64,000 nucleotides of DNA from an uncultured Syntrophaceae bacterium (lineage in GTDB: Bacteria; Desulfobacterota; Syntrophia; Syntrophales; UBA8958): contig CAZYDG010000080.1 of NCBI GenBank assembly GCA_964645835.1, positions 1 through 64,000 on the forward strand. The letters are read 5' to 3'. The notes below the pieces were generated by a model. It was not told the DNA's origin. It did no database searches and saw nothing but the letters and a program-made list of their open reading frames with translations. How positions within the stretch are numbered: position 1 is the first letter of the stretch; the number at the start of each line of letters is the position of its first letter. Made by a program: the position numbers and the translations under genes. This document shows, piece after piece, positions 18,637 to 29,393 of this stretch.

Positions 18637-21600
18637 TTAAAGCCGCCTGCATCCGGGGCCGGATAGTATGCTTCGCCCGCCGGACCCGGGCGTCACCTGA
18701 ATCTGTGTAGCGATGCGTTCCTTGAGGGCTGTCACATGAGAGATGACGCCGATTATTTTGCTGTCTTGCCGGAGGTTTGCCAGGGTTGCCAGGGCCGTTT
18801 CAAGGGCCTCATCGTCCAGGGTTCCGAAGCCTTCATCAAGAAAAAGGGAATCAACCCGGACTTTGCGGCTGGCCATCTGAGAAAGCCCGAGAGCAAGAGC
18901 CAGGCTCACGATAAAACTTTCGCCTCCGGAAAGGTTTTTGGCTGAACGGATTTCGCCTGCCTGGTAATTGTCGATAACATTGAGTTCCAGAGGTTCCCGC
19001 TCGTCACGAATCAGCAGATATCGATCCGTCATTTTCCGGAGACGCTGATTGGCCTGAAGAATCATCATCTCGAAGGTAAGTCCCTGGGCAAAATTCCTGA
19101 ACTTCTTCCCGTCGGCAGACCCGATCAACTGATGTAATGCCTCCCAATGATCCCGTTCTTTTTTTCGGGCTTCAATAATGTTCATATGTTCCCGTTGCTT
19201 CTCCCGGAGTATGCTATTGTTGTGCAGGCTGCCCTTGATGGCGCCTATAGCCTCCTGGATATGTTTTAATGACGATTCGACCTCTTCCAACTCATGGCGC
19301 AGGGCCTCCATGGGTTTGTCCGTCTCGTTCTTGGCTTTCTCGGCCGCCAAGGCCTCCGACCGGTCCTTCATACGGGCATCCAGTTCGGTTTTTTCTTTCA
19401 GCAGGGCATTCTCCCGTTCTGCCAGCCGGTCCCTCGATTCCTCGGTCAGGCGTGCGGCGACAAAGTCCTGTTCATCTGCAAACCCGGCTTTCGTGAGGCA
19501 TTCGGCCCATCGCCGTTCTGCCGGGACAGACTCCTCGGCCCTATGGTCCGTCTTCTCCGTCAGCACGGCGATCTTTTCTTTCAGGGCCCCGAGTTCGTTG
19601 GTCAAGGCCCCCTGGATCTCCCGTCCATGATTCAGTGCCGCCTCGGCCTGCGCCACAGCATCGGCCAGACTTTTTTCCTCTTCATCGGCGTTTTTGTCCG
19701 CGAAGATCTCGCGCCGGGCTGTCCGTAACGCTTCGTATTCTCCTACCAGGGCTTGCCGTTCCCCGCGCCGGGTTTCCAAATCCGCTTCAATTTTTGACAA
19801 TTCGGCCTGATCAAGAGTGATGCGGGTCTTGATCGCCTGGAGATTTTTCTCCAATTCATCCTTCTCTTGAGTCTTCTGCTGCCAGGCATCCCGTCGTTCT
19901 TCAAGATCCTTTAATACAGCATCGAGTCTTTCAGGCGAAACAGACAGCACACCGAAAGGCCTTACATCCTCCAGGGCTGCTGCGCCGGCCTTCTTAGCTT
20001 CTCTCTCCAGGTTGTCCACTTCTTCGGTCCGCCGCTTACGATCAAGCATAGCTGTTTCCTTCTTCAACCTCGATTCCTGAAGGGATTTGGCTGCAAGGTC
20101 TCGCTGTTCCCGCATTTTTTCCAGACCTTGACGGGCCTCTTGTTCCTTTTTAATGCGTTGTTCAACATCAGCGATGATTCGGTCGGTCTCCGTGATTTTA
20201 GCCAGTACATCCGCCCGGGTGTTCCGGACGAGAGCAGCCCGTTTTTCCGGTGAGGCCTGCAGATGAAGCTGAAGGAACCATTCGGCGCAATGCCGCTCAT
20301 CATTGGCCAGGGCTACCCGCTTTTCCCCTTCCTCATTTTCCAGAAAGGCAATGCGGGTCTGTGTCCGAACTGCTTCGTTTTCCAGCTTGCCCAGGGCCTC
20401 TGCTGTCTTTTTGACATCTTTCCTGGCCTCTTGCAGGGCCTCCTCGGCACGGTTCATCTCGGGGATTTGGCCCGGTTGCCCGTAAGGATGATCGACAGCG
20501 CCGCAGAGGGGACAAGGCTTGCCGTCTTCAAGCCGTTTCCTTTCTTCTTCGAGATCGCGGATGTGGCCTAAGAGGGCCACTTGGGTCTCCTGAGTTTGCA
20601 CATCCCTATCCAGAAGGGCCTTGCGATCCGAAAGCGTCTTTATCTCCCCAAGAAGAGCTCCATGGGCATTCTTTAAGGCCTCGATGTCAAGGGTCATCCC
20701 ATTTATAGCGGTCCGGATCTTGTCTGCCCGCTCGACGGCATCACCCGCTTGCGCCAGGATGCGTTCCCTGTCCTTCATGGCACTGTTCTCCTTGTGCCAA
20801 TCACCGATATGGCGGCCCCGAAGGATCGCTGCCATTTCATCGGCCAAACCCTTCAGCTCCCGTTGTCCCTCCTCGCATTGACGGTCATATTTTTCATGGT
20901 TTGCGGCGATTTTCGCATGAGATTCTGCGGTAGCCTCCTGGAGACTTTCCGCCGCGGCAAGGTCTTTCTTTGCCTTTTCATACTTGACCAAAAGTTCGCG
21001 AAGGGTTGCAAACCCTCTGGCAACGGCGGAAAACTGGGTCGCCACAAGTTTATCGGCTTCATGGGCGGTCAGGTATTCCCGGATCGACTCCAAATTGGCA
21101 GTCGTCTCCTTCAAATCCTGATCGAGGTTCTGGAGGCTGTTCTTGAAGGCCATCTCCTGGTATTCCAGGGGTCTGATAGTCTTTTTCTTATCGTCGGCCT
21201 GCTTTTTCCGTTCCGCCGACCGGATGTCAATGTCCCGCACCTTCTTTATGACCTCTCCCGTATCCTGCTGCCGCAATCGCACCTCGGCCAGGGCATTCTC
21301 GGCTATCGATTTCCGGGCTATTGCTTCGGCCAAGGCCTGTTCCTTATCCGGATAGGTGGCCACAGCTTCGGCAAGCTCTTTTATCTCCATTGCCTGGTCA
21401 CGGCGCATGACCAGAACGGCCCGATAATCTCCTTCGAGGCCGTCGGCCTTCCGGGCCCGTTCCAGGGATGCTTTATCCGGGGCAAAAGACATCCAATGTG
21501 TCTCCAAGGTTTCCCATTGGCGGTGAAGTTCGGCGATTGACGTCTCCAAAGCGGTTACCGTTTCCAGCCATAGGACGGTCTTGCGGAGGTCGGCAGCCCG

Positions 21601-22311
21601 ACGGCTGAAGGTCCCTTCTAGGACACTCTTGTGCGAGAGATCCCCTTCCAGAGCCTTCACATCCTGTTCGTTCAGCACTTGGAAACCGTTGAACTCGGCC
21701 TGCAACAGGTCGAGACTGGCTCGTTCTTTCCGTAGACGTTCATGAACGTTCATAGAGATGCGGCTGTAGATCTCCGTGCCCGTGATCTGCTCCAGGATGG
21801 GCGCCCGTTCGTCCGGCGGGGCCTGGAGGAAAGCCGCAAATCCGCCCTGGGCCAGGAGCATGGACCGTGTGAAACGATCGAAGTCCATTCCCGTGACGTT
21901 TTCAATAAAGGCACCTACCTGGACGATCTTCGATTCCAGGACGGCCCCGGAATCGGCATCGGCAATTTCATGGCGTGCCTGCTGCAACTCGCCGCCGGGC
22001 AGTTTCCTGGCGCGGCGCTGGCTCCAGTGGCACCTGTACCGGCCCTTTTGGGTTTCGAAGGTCACTTCTGCAAAACACTCTCCCGTCTGCAGGGACATGA
22101 TTTCATTGCCGGTCTTCGTGACTCTCTCAAGGCGCGGTGTCCGGCCGTAAAGAGCGAGGCATAAGGCGTCCAGGATAGTCGTCTTGCCCGCCCCCGTGGG
22201 CCCCGTAATGGCAAATATGCCGTCGGAGGCGTAATCGGGGTGGGTAAAGTCAACCTGCCACTCGCCCTCAAGAGAATTCAGGTTTTTAAAACGTATACCA
22301 AGAATCTTCAT
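18637..22311 (-). CDS. sbcC: Exonuclease SbcC (SMC-like ATPase)
   Basis: 1224 aa. N-terminal Walker A (GPTGAGKTT), long coiled-coil with central CPLCG zinc hook, C-terminal signature/Walker B (LSGGESF...LFLDEGFGTLD). Confidence 0.92.
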   Translation of the reverse strand: MKILGIRFKNLNSLEGEWQVDFTHPDYASDGIFAITGPTGAGKTTILDALCLALYGRTPRLERVTKTGNEIMSLQTGECFAEVTFETQKGRYRCHWSQRRARKLPGGELQQARHEIADADSGAVLESKIVQVGAFIENVTGMDFDRFTRSMLLAQGGFAAFLQAPPDERAPILEQITGTEIYSRISMNVHERLRKERASLDLLQAEFNGFQVLNEQDVKALEGDLSHKSVLEGTFSRRAADLRKTVLWLETVTALETSIAELHRQWETLETHWMSFAPDKASLERARKADGLEGDYRAVLVMRRDQAMEIKELAEAVATYPDKEQALAEAIARKSIAENALAEVRLRQQDTGEVIKKVRDIDIRSAERKKQADDKKKTIRPLEYQEMAFKNSLQNLDQDLKETTANLESIREYLTAHEADKLVATQFSAVARGFATLRELLVKYEKAKKDLAAAESLQEATAESHAKIAANHEKYDRQCEEGQRELKGLADEMAAILRGRHIGDWHKENSAMKDRERILAQAGDAVERADKIRTAINGMTLDIEALKNAHGALLGEIKTLSDRKALLDRDVQTQETQVALLGHIRDLEEERKRLEDGKPCPLCGAVDHPYGQPGQIPEMNRAEEALQEARKDVKKTAEALGKLENEAVRTQTRIAFLENEEGEKRVALANDERHCAEWFLQLHLQASPEKRAALVRNTRADVLAKITETDRIIADVEQRIKKEQEARQGLEKMREQRDLAAKSLQESRLKKETAMLDRKRRTEEVDNLEREAKKAGAAALEDVRPFGVLSVSPERLDAVLKDLEERRDAWQQKTQEKDELEKNLQAIKTRITLDQAELSKIEADLETRRGERQALVGEYEALRTARREIFADKNADEEEKSLADAVAQAEAALNHGREIQGALTNELGALKEKIAVLTEKTDHRAEESVPAERRWAECLTKAGFADEQDFVAARLTEESRDRLAERENALLKEKTELDARMKDRSEALAAEKAKNETDKPMEALRHELEEVESSLKHIQEAIGAIKGSLHNNSILREKQREHMNIIEARKKERDHWEALHQLIGSADGKKFRNFAQGLTFEMMILQANQRLRKMTDRYLLIRDEREPLELNVIDNYQAGEIRSAKNLSGGESFIVSLALALGLSQMASRKVRVDSLFLDEGFGTLDDEALETALATLANLRQDSKIIGVISHVTALKERIATQIQVTPGSGGRSILSGPGCRRL

Positions 22312-22326
22312 CGGCCTTTCTCCATC

Positions 22327-23556
22327 TTATTCTGCCATCGGGTCTGCTTCATTCAGGGAAACCAGGATTTCCCGATAAGCGCTGAGCAAGACTTCCCGTT
22401 GTTCTTTCGGCACATCGCGGCTCTCCAGGCAACGCTGAAAAACCTCCATCACATCCAGATCATCCAGATGTTCCTCGCCGTCCGTCAAGTTCAAGGCCTT
22501 TGCCATGATCCGGTTGTTCCGGATTCGGAGGATTGAAAGTTCCGTTCCGGCTACGGCCTCTTCCAGGCGCTCCCGGAGAACCCCGGCCATTTCGTCGCCG
22601 TTGTATACTATCTCAAGCCAAGCCCTGCTTCCTTCGGCCCGAAGGCTGTCGATGGCCCGGGCTATGGCCGGCCAATCTCCCTGGATGGTCTGAAGTGCCT
22701 GAAATACTGGGACGAAAACGATCTTGACTGTCGGCGCGGCGCCCGAGAATTCCACAAGGCAGACGCCCTTCTTTTGTGCCCCCTCGTTAAAGCCGATAGG
22801 CAGGGGAGAGCCGCAGTAGCGGATAACCTCCGAGCCGCCTACGGTCTGGGGGACGTGGAGATGGCCCAAGGCGACGTAGTCGATGGCCGGTGGAAAGACA
22901 TCGGTCCGGACCTGGGCCAAAGAGCCGATATACAATTCCCGCACCCCGTCACCATCAACTATCCGGCTGCCGGCGGCAAACAGATGGCCCATAGCGATGA
23001 GTGGAACGGACTGTTTCAAGGCAGCCCGCTTTGTCTCGGCAGCTTTGCAAACCTGCCGGTAATGGTCCCTGATTCCTTCGATGATCTTTCGTTCCTTATC
23101 ATCGGCGCTTTCACCAGCCTCGGTGACACGGATATCGCGGTCCCGAAGATATGGTACAGCACAGACGAAAAGAGCGGGTTTCCCGTCGGGTCCGTCAAGT
23201 ACGATGAGTTCATCGGCGGGATCATCGGTGATGCAGCCCACAACATGAACATTGAGACATTTCAGAAGCTCACGTGGTGCGTTCAGAAACGACGCCGAAT
23301 CGTGATTTCCCGCCGTGACGACGACGTGGCGGTCAGGGGCGGCCGCAACACGGCAGAGAAAGCGATAATACAAGGTTTGGGCACGGTTGCTGGGCGTACT
23401 GTTATCAAAGACATCGCCCGCCACGAGGAGGACGTCGATGCTCTCCGACTCTATGAGATCCGCCAGCCAATTTAAAAATGCCTCATATTCCTCGTAGCGG
23501 CTGCGCTCGTAAAGGGCCCGGCCAATGTGCCAATCGGAAGTATGGAGAACCTTCAT
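22327..23556 (-). CDS. sbcD: Exonuclease SbcD (Mre11-like phosphoesterase)
   Basis: MKVLHTSDWHIG calcineurin-like phosphoesterase motifs. Directly upstream of sbcC on the same strand. Confidence 0.9.
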   Translation of the reverse strand: MKVLHTSDWHIGRALYERSRYEEYEAFLNWLADLIESESIDVLLVAGDVFDNSTPSNRAQTLYYRFLCRVAAAPDRHVVVTAGNHDSASFLNAPRELLKCLNVHVVGCITDDPADELIVLDGPDGKPALFVCAVPYLRDRDIRVTEAGESADDKERKIIEGIRDHYRQVCKAAETKRAALKQSVPLIAMGHLFAAGSRIVDGDGVRELYIGSLAQVRTDVFPPAIDYVALGHLHVPQTVGGSEVIRYCGSPLPIGFNEGAQKKGVCLVEFSGAAPTVKIVFVPVFQALQTIQGDWPAIARAIDSLRAEGSRAWLEIVYNGDEMAGVLRERLEEAVAGTELSILRIRNNRIMAKALNLTDGEEHLDDLDVMEVFQRCLESRDVPKEQREVLLSAYREILVSLNEADPMAE

Positions 23557-23752
23557 ATTCGTCCTTTTTAAGCCTCTTTGATAAACAGATTTAGCAGCAT
23601 TTTCAGCCAAATTCTATACCTTTTTCCAAAGCACAAGTTCCAATATTTTCATTTGGCGTATTTTTATTGACATATGGGCGGCGGCTCATTATCCTCATGT
23701 CATTTTAAAACCCTGACTTATATCTTTTCAATCGAAGCGACGAGGCGAATCG

Positions 23753-24260
23753 ATGAAGGATACTTTTCGCATCAACCGGCAGCTTCAACCCGGTGAATAC
23801 AAACTGATGGACGTCTTTGCCGATGTCTGCATATGTCGTTGCCTACTTACCGTCTTCGAAGGGGAAGAGGAGTTCAGGCAGGTTATGGCATCAGCAAAGG
23901 TCGTTGTGGCTGATCTCCAGGTTGAGATGTTCGTTACCAACGAAAGACGGTACGATAATTATCGGCCATGACCACTTGAAGAATGCCCCTGATGAGATCC
24001 TGTACCTGGACATCATTCATGAGCTTTGTCACGTCAAACAGTACATGACCGGCCGTGACCTTTACGATGCCACCAAAGCCTATGTGGACCGGGAGACGGA
24101 AATCGAGGCCTACGGGGTTACAGTTGATGAGGCACGCCGTACCGGTATGGACGAGAAACACATTGCTGATTACCTCCGCGTTTCGTGGATCACACCCGAA
24201 GAACATAAACGTCTGGCCCGCAGGTTGAATGTTGCCGTAAAAGGCGAAGGTGAGGATTGA
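23753..24260 (+). pseudogene. Small HExxH-motif (putative zinc metallopeptidase-like) gene split by a frameshift near 23940-23970
   Basis: Protein-like frame-2 ORF 23753-23971 stops, and protein-like sequence continues in frame 0 (…KDGTIIIGHDHL…YLDIIHELCHVKQ…). The N-terminal part of the frame-0 ORF (R/W-rich) looks non-coding. Confidence 0.4.
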
Positions 24261-24348
24261 TTTCCTTGATTATTTGTGAAGTTTTTGATAGGCCGCTATG
24301 CAGAAATGCCGATAATATTGACAGGAGACCCAATTTATTAAGGAGAGC

Positions 24349-25488
24349 ATGATGAGAAGATCTTATTGCGGATGGATGATTGTTATTCTGTGTTGTGTTT
24401 TCTTTACCGGTTGTGCGTCAACCATGAAATTTTCCGCCGTCGATCTCAATGATCAGATCAAGTCTGGTCAATTGATGAAAAAAGTGGACAATGCCGTCAT
24501 TCTTGTGGACCGGTCCGCTTCCATGGAAGAGCGTTATGGCAACGCCCGGCGGCTGGAACTGGGGAGTGACGTAACGAATCACTTCGTGGAAACCATGCCG
24601 GATATCGATCTTAAAGTAGGCGTACGTAGTTTTGCCGGTGATGAAACCCCTCTTATCTACGGCATGTCGGCTTTTAATAAAGCCGACCTCCTTCAAAACA
24701 TCCAAAGCAACAGCCAGGGTGCGGGTAGAACGCCTCTCGGTGAAGCCATCCGTGCTGCAGGGGATGATCTGAAACCCTATTCAGGTCCGTTGGCGCTGAT
24801 CATTGTGAGTGATTTCGAGACACTTCTTAACCTCGACGATATACGCCCCAAATATGCTCTGGAAAGCGTCGCCCAAGTGAAGGCCCTTTACGGCGACAGA
24901 TTGTGCATCTATACGATTCAGGTGGCCCAGGCACCCGGCGGCACGGCGTTGGTCCAGGCCATACAGAAGGAAGCCAAATGCGGCCTTGCGGTCAATGCCG
25001 ATGATCTGGCAACACAGAAAGCGATGTCCGAATTTGTGAAGAAAATCTTCCTGGCCGATGCCGACCAGACTATGGGAGCCCAAAAGAAAGCTGCTGCGGG
25101 AACAGCCGAAAGTGATGCAAAAAATGCAGAGTCAGTCCAAGACAATTCCTTGACACTGGAAGATATCCATTTCGCTTTCGACAAAGCAGCTCTCACTGAA
25201 GATGGGCAACGCATTCTTAAAAAACACGCCGCATGGCTTAAGGAAAACAAAAAGGGAACACTCACTGTTGAAGGTCATTGTGATGAACGGGGAACCACGG
25301 AATACAATCTTGCTCTGGGAGAGAAAAGGGCTACCGAAGCGAAGAAGTTCCTCGTGACATTGGGTGTCGAGAATACCCGTATCAAGACGATCAGCTACGG
25401 GAAGGAAAGACCGCTGGATCCGGGACATACGGAAACGGCGTGGGCCAAGAACCGCCGGGACCGTTTTGTTGTTTCACCGGTGAAATAA
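24349..25488 (+). CDS. Lipoprotein with vWA-like domain and C-terminal OmpA/MotB peptidoglycan-binding domain
   Basis: Lipobox (FFTGC). Central VILVDRSASM vWA-like region. C-terminal OmpA-like domain (TVEGHCDERGTTEYNLALGEKRA). RBS AAGGAGAG. Confidence 0.8.
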   Translation: MMRRSYCGWMIVILCCVFFTGCASTMKFSAVDLNDQIKSGQLMKKVDNAVILVDRSASMEERYGNARRLELGSDVTNHFVETMPDIDLKVGVRSFAGDETPLIYGMSAFNKADLLQNIQSNSQGAGRTPLGEAIRAAGDDLKPYSGPLALIIVSDFETLLNLDDIRPKYALESVAQVKALYGDRLCIYTIQVAQAPGGTALVQAIQKEAKCGLAVNADDLATQKAMSEFVKKIFLADADQTMGAQKKAAAGTAESDAKNAESVQDNSLTLEDIHFAFDKAALTEDGQRILKKHAAWLKENKKGTLTVEGHCDERGTTEYNLALGEKRATEAKKFLVTLGVENTRIKTISYGKERPLDPGHTETAWAKNRRDRFVVSPVK

Positions 25489-25750
25489 TTGCCTTTTCCA
25501 TGTTAGTCTCTTGGATTCGATGAGGCCAAATGCATTTGGCGCATGGTGGGCGGTGGACGTGACGAACGTCCTCCGCCTCTTTGACATCTTGCAGGTTGGT
25601 GAAAAATACCTTCCATGGGTAGTCCGGTCATGGCCAATAATTCCGGTTACCTCTCTATAATCTTTCTGTTGAATTTTTTTATAAGACATGGGTAGTATCG
25701 CCACACTCACTAGTGTGAATGATATCTATAATTCCAGAAGAGGACTTATC

Positions 25751-25933
25751 ATGCAAGAGGTCTTGACGGCGGTTACTTATCTCGTGGTTTGGCTAATCTG
25801 CCAGCGGGTCTTGGGAATCGAGAGCGGTCTTGCCAACCTTCTTATTTCACTGTCGGCGGCGATTGGCGTCTATATTTTTATGGCCGTCCGGGACTATCGG
25901 GCAAAAAAGAAGCAGGGGATGGACGATGAGTGA
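25751..25933 (+). CDS. Small two-TM membrane protein translationally coupled to the downstream histidine kinase
   Basis: Hydrophobic, about 60 aa. Its stop overlaps the kinase ATG (ATGAGTGA). RBS AGAAGAGGA. Confidence 0.4.
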   Translation: MQEVLTAVTYLVVWLICQRVLGIESGLANLLISLSAAIGVYIFMAVRDYRAKKKQGMDDE

Positions 25934-27995
25934 TCTGGATGCCCATGAATGCGTCAATGGCCATACGGAGCAGATCATCTATGATCGGAAGACCATCATG
26001 GATATCATCGAAGGGTCTCCCATTCCCAAATTCGTCATTAACAAAGAACACAAGGTCATCTTCTGGAACCGGGCATGTGAGGAACTGACGGGCTTTGGCG
26101 CAAAGGCTATGATCGGAACGGATCGTCATTATCTCCCGTTTTACGGGGAGAAGCGTCCCCTCATTGCCGATTTGATTGTTGACAATGATATAGAGGGCCT
26201 GGAGAGATATTACGGCACCAAACGGGTCCGCAAGTCGGATAAGGTCGCCGGGGCTTATGAAGCCCGGGATTATTATGTCAACCTCAACGGCAAAAGCCGT
26301 CACCTTTATTTCCTTGCCTCTCCCATTTATAATGAGCATGGCGAGATTATCGCTGCCGTCGAGACTCTTCAGGATGTTACCCGTGAGCGGGAGATGGAAC
26401 TCAGCCTCAAAGAATACGCCGAGAGCCTCCGGGATGAGTTGGACAAAAACATCACCCTCCAAAAAACCATCGAGGGTATTATTGAAGGATCACCTATCCC
26501 GATGTTTGTCATCGACAAGAATCATCAAGTCATGTTCTGGAATAAGGCCTTGGCCGAATTGACGGGTTACAGCGCCAAATCGATGGTTAAGACTGATCTC
26601 CATTATCTTCCTTTTTACTCCGAAGGGCGTCCTCTCATTGCCGATTTGATCGTGGACAACGATATTGACAGCCTGAATAAGTATTATATCAGCAAAAAGG
26701 TACGCATATCATCGGTGATCACCGGCGCCTACGAGGCTTGGGATTATTATGAAAACCTGGGCGGCAAGAGCCGTTACCTCCATTTTCAGGCAGCGCCAAT
26801 CTATGATGACCATGGGGAGATCATCGCTGCCATCGAGACCCTTGAAGACATCACCCGTGAAGAGGAGATGTCCCGTAATCTCAAGGAATACGCGGAAAGT
26901 CTCCAGAACGAGTTGGACGAAAATATCCATCTGAGGACGGAAATCGAGGGGCTGTACAATTACATCCAATCCATTCTGGAAAATTCTCCCGATATGCTCA
27001 TAGAGGTCAATCGGGATGGCTATATTACGTTCGCCAGTCGTGGACGGGCAGACGGATGGAGCGTTTCCCAGATCACGGGGAAGCATTTCACGGAGACGAA
27101 TCCGGATTGCCGGGACTTTCTCTTAACCCGATGGGAAGAGGTCAAAAAGGGGAACTTTCAGCCTTACGAAATAGAATATATAAGCAGGAAGGGGATGAAA
27201 AGATCATTTTTAACATCACCTCGCCCTATGAAGGATCGGGACCGGTATCTGTTCGTCATGCGTGATATTACGGAATTCAAGGAGTTGGAAAAGAAGTATT
27301 ACGAAACGCAAAAACTGGCGGCCATGGGTCAACTATCGGCAGGCATCGCCCATGAGGTTCGCAATCCCCTGTCTTCCATCAAAATGAGCCTTCAAATTTT
27401 GGAGAAGCGGCTCCAGCCCGAAGGGAACGACCTGCGGCGCTTTAAGATCGCTCAGCGCGAGGTCGAGCACCTGGAAGAACTTGTCAATGATGTCCTCATT
27501 TTTGCCCGGCCTGTGGAACCCAAGAAAAAGCCTTACGAGGTGAAGCGGGTTGTTGAAAACGCTCTGGAGATGGCGGAAAAGATGATTTCCGATAAAAATA
27601 TTGACGTTGTGACGTCCTTCGCTGAAGACCTGCCCCTCTTCCTTGTCGACGGACCCATGCTGGAGCAGGCCCTTCAGAATCTTTTCCGCAATGCCATCGA
27701 GGCAATGGAGAATGATGGATGCCTGACCATATCCGCGGAAAGGATGGAAGGCGATCCGTTTGCCATACTCCTTAAAGTTGTGGACAACGGATGTGGCATG
27801 GAGGATGGCGAAGCGTCCAATATCTTCAATCCTTTTTTTACAAGGAAGAAATACGGAACAGGCCTGGGGATGACCCAGGTTAAGAAGATCATCGATCTCC
27901 ACCATGGGAGCATCGAAATAGAGAGCAAAAAAGGGGAGGGAACGAAGATCCTCCTGTCCATTCCCGTGCAAGCAGTTGAGCAGCCTATATTGTAA
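25926..27995 (+). CDS. Cytoplasmic sensor histidine kinase with three PAS domains (two tandem-duplicated)
   Basis: Two roughly 160-aa PAS modules at about 65 % identity, a third PAS, the HisKA H-box (AHEVRNPLSSI), and HATPase_c (DNGCGM...GTGLGM). Confidence 0.85.
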   Translation: MSDLDAHECVNGHTEQIIYDRKTIMDIIEGSPIPKFVINKEHKVIFWNRACEELTGFGAKAMIGTDRHYLPFYGEKRPLIADLIVDNDIEGLERYYGTKRVRKSDKVAGAYEARDYYVNLNGKSRHLYFLASPIYNEHGEIIAAVETLQDVTREREMELSLKEYAESLRDELDKNITLQKTIEGIIEGSPIPMFVIDKNHQVMFWNKALAELTGYSAKSMVKTDLHYLPFYSEGRPLIADLIVDNDIDSLNKYYISKKVRISSVITGAYEAWDYYENLGGKSRYLHFQAAPIYDDHGEIIAAIETLEDITREEEMSRNLKEYAESLQNELDENIHLRTEIEGLYNYIQSILENSPDMLIEVNRDGYITFASRGRADGWSVSQITGKHFTETNPDCRDFLLTRWEEVKKGNFQPYEIEYISRKGMKRSFLTSPRPMKDRDRYLFVMRDITEFKELEKKYYETQKLAAMGQLSAGIAHEVRNPLSSIKMSLQILEKRLQPEGNDLRRFKIAQREVEHLEELVNDVLIFARPVEPKKKPYEVKRVVENALEMAEKMISDKNIDVVTSFAEDLPLFLVDGPMLEQALQNLFRNAIEAMENDGCLTISAERMEGDPFAILLKVVDNGCGMEDGEASNIFNPFFTRKKYGTGLGMTQVKKIIDLHHGSIEIESKKGEGTKILLSIPVQAVEQPIL

Positions 27996-28013
27996 GGAGA
28001 ACCCTCTTTTCCC

Positions 28014-29390
28014 ATGGCAAAGATTCTTGTTATCGACGACGACAGCTCCATTGCGGAAACCCTGGATTTATACCTCACGGAAGAAGGCTATACGGTCTTT
28101 ACGGCCCTGACGGGGACGGACGGGCTCAATCAGTATGTCAAGAATTCACCTGATCTTGTCATCCTGGATATCCGCCTTCCTGATATCGACGGATTTACCG
28201 TCCTGGAAGATCTGCGCGAGGAGGATGAAAACGTTAAGGTCATTATGATTACAGCCTTTCATGATATGGATTCAACAATCCGGGCCATGAAGGGCGGCGC
28301 CTTCGACTACATACATAAACCCATCAATGTCGAGGAGTTGGACATGGCCATCAAGAAGGTCTTGAAGACCCTCGAAATGGAGAAAAAGATTAGCGGCCTG
28401 CTCAATGAACCTTCCCGGAGCTTCAAGGTTGGGGATATCGTGGCCAATAACAAGGAGATGAAGGAGATATTCAAGATCATCGGCGTCGTCTCCCAAAGCA
28501 AAACGACGGTCCTTATCCAGGGAGAAAGCGGAACGGGAAAGGAACTCATAGCCAAGGTTATCCACCATAATACCTCGCCCGATGAACCATATATTGCCGT
28601 CAACTGTTCTGCCATCGTAGAGACCCTTCTGGAATCGGAACTTTTCGGCCATGAAAAGGGGTCTTTTACCGGGGCCGTTACGCGGAAGCTGGGAAAATTT
28701 GAATTGGCCCGTCAGGGGACAGTCTTTCTTGACGAGATCAGCGAAATGTCTTTGAATCTCCAGGCCAAGCTGCTGCGGGTCCTGCAGGAAATGGAGTTCG
28801 AGCGCGTCGGCGGCCGGGAGCGCGTGAAAGTCAACGCCCGGATCATCACGGCGACCAACAAGGATCTGCGGACCATGGTTAAGGAGGGTAAGTTCAGAGA
28901 GGATTTGTTCTACCGCCTGAATATCGTCTCCATTCACCTGCCTCCCCTGCGGGAACGCCGGGAGGATATCCCCTATCTGGTCGATTATCTGCTGACGAAG
29001 ATCAACAGGGAACTTCATAAGCGGGTCGTCGGAGTCTCCAACGAGATGATGGAGATATTCATGAAATACCGCTGGCCGGGTAATGTCCGGGAATTGGAGA
29101 ATCTACTGACCCGTGCCGTTGTGGTCGCCAAAGGCCATGTGCTGGCCCGCGGCGACTTTCCCGAATTGATCGATGAGGCGCCCGAGGTTGTGAGGGATAA
29201 AGTGGACGACGTTATGGGCGAACCGGGAGCCCTGATGACACTTGATGCCATCGAGGAAAAGTATATCCGCAAAGTCATGCGGGAAAACAGCGGTAAAAAT
29301 AAAGGAGAGATTTGCGAAATCCTGGGGATTTCCCGTCCCACCTTCGAACGAAAACTGGAAAAGTACGGAATTACGTTCGAAAAGGATTAA
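28014..29390 (+). CDS. Sigma-54-dependent response regulator (NtrC family: REC, AAA+, Fis-type HTH)
   Basis: REC domain with DxxxD...D, Walker A GESGTGKE, GAFTGA-like motif (GSFTGAV), R-finger, C-terminal HTH. Confidence 0.9.
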   Translation: MAKILVIDDDSSIAETLDLYLTEEGYTVFTALTGTDGLNQYVKNSPDLVILDIRLPDIDGFTVLEDLREEDENVKVIMITAFHDMDSTIRAMKGGAFDYIHKPINVEELDMAIKKVLKTLEMEKKISGLLNEPSRSFKVGDIVANNKEMKEIFKIIGVVSQSKTTVLIQGESGTGKELIAKVIHHNTSPDEPYIAVNCSAIVETLLESELFGHEKGSFTGAVTRKLGKFELARQGTVFLDEISEMSLNLQAKLLRVLQEMEFERVGGRERVKVNARIITATNKDLRTMVKEGKFREDLFYRLNIVSIHLPPLRERREDIPYLVDYLLTKINRELHKRVVGVSNEMMEIFMKYRWPGNVRELENLLTRAVVVAKGHVLARGDFPELIDEAPEVVRDKVDDVMGEPGALMTLDAIEEKYIRKVMRENSGKNKGEICEILGISRPTFERKLEKYGITFEKD

Positions 29391-29393
29391 CGC

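Noticed and set aside
20749-21540. 263-aa plus-strand ORF inside sbcC
   Set aside because: Antisense to sbcC. No recognisable motifs.
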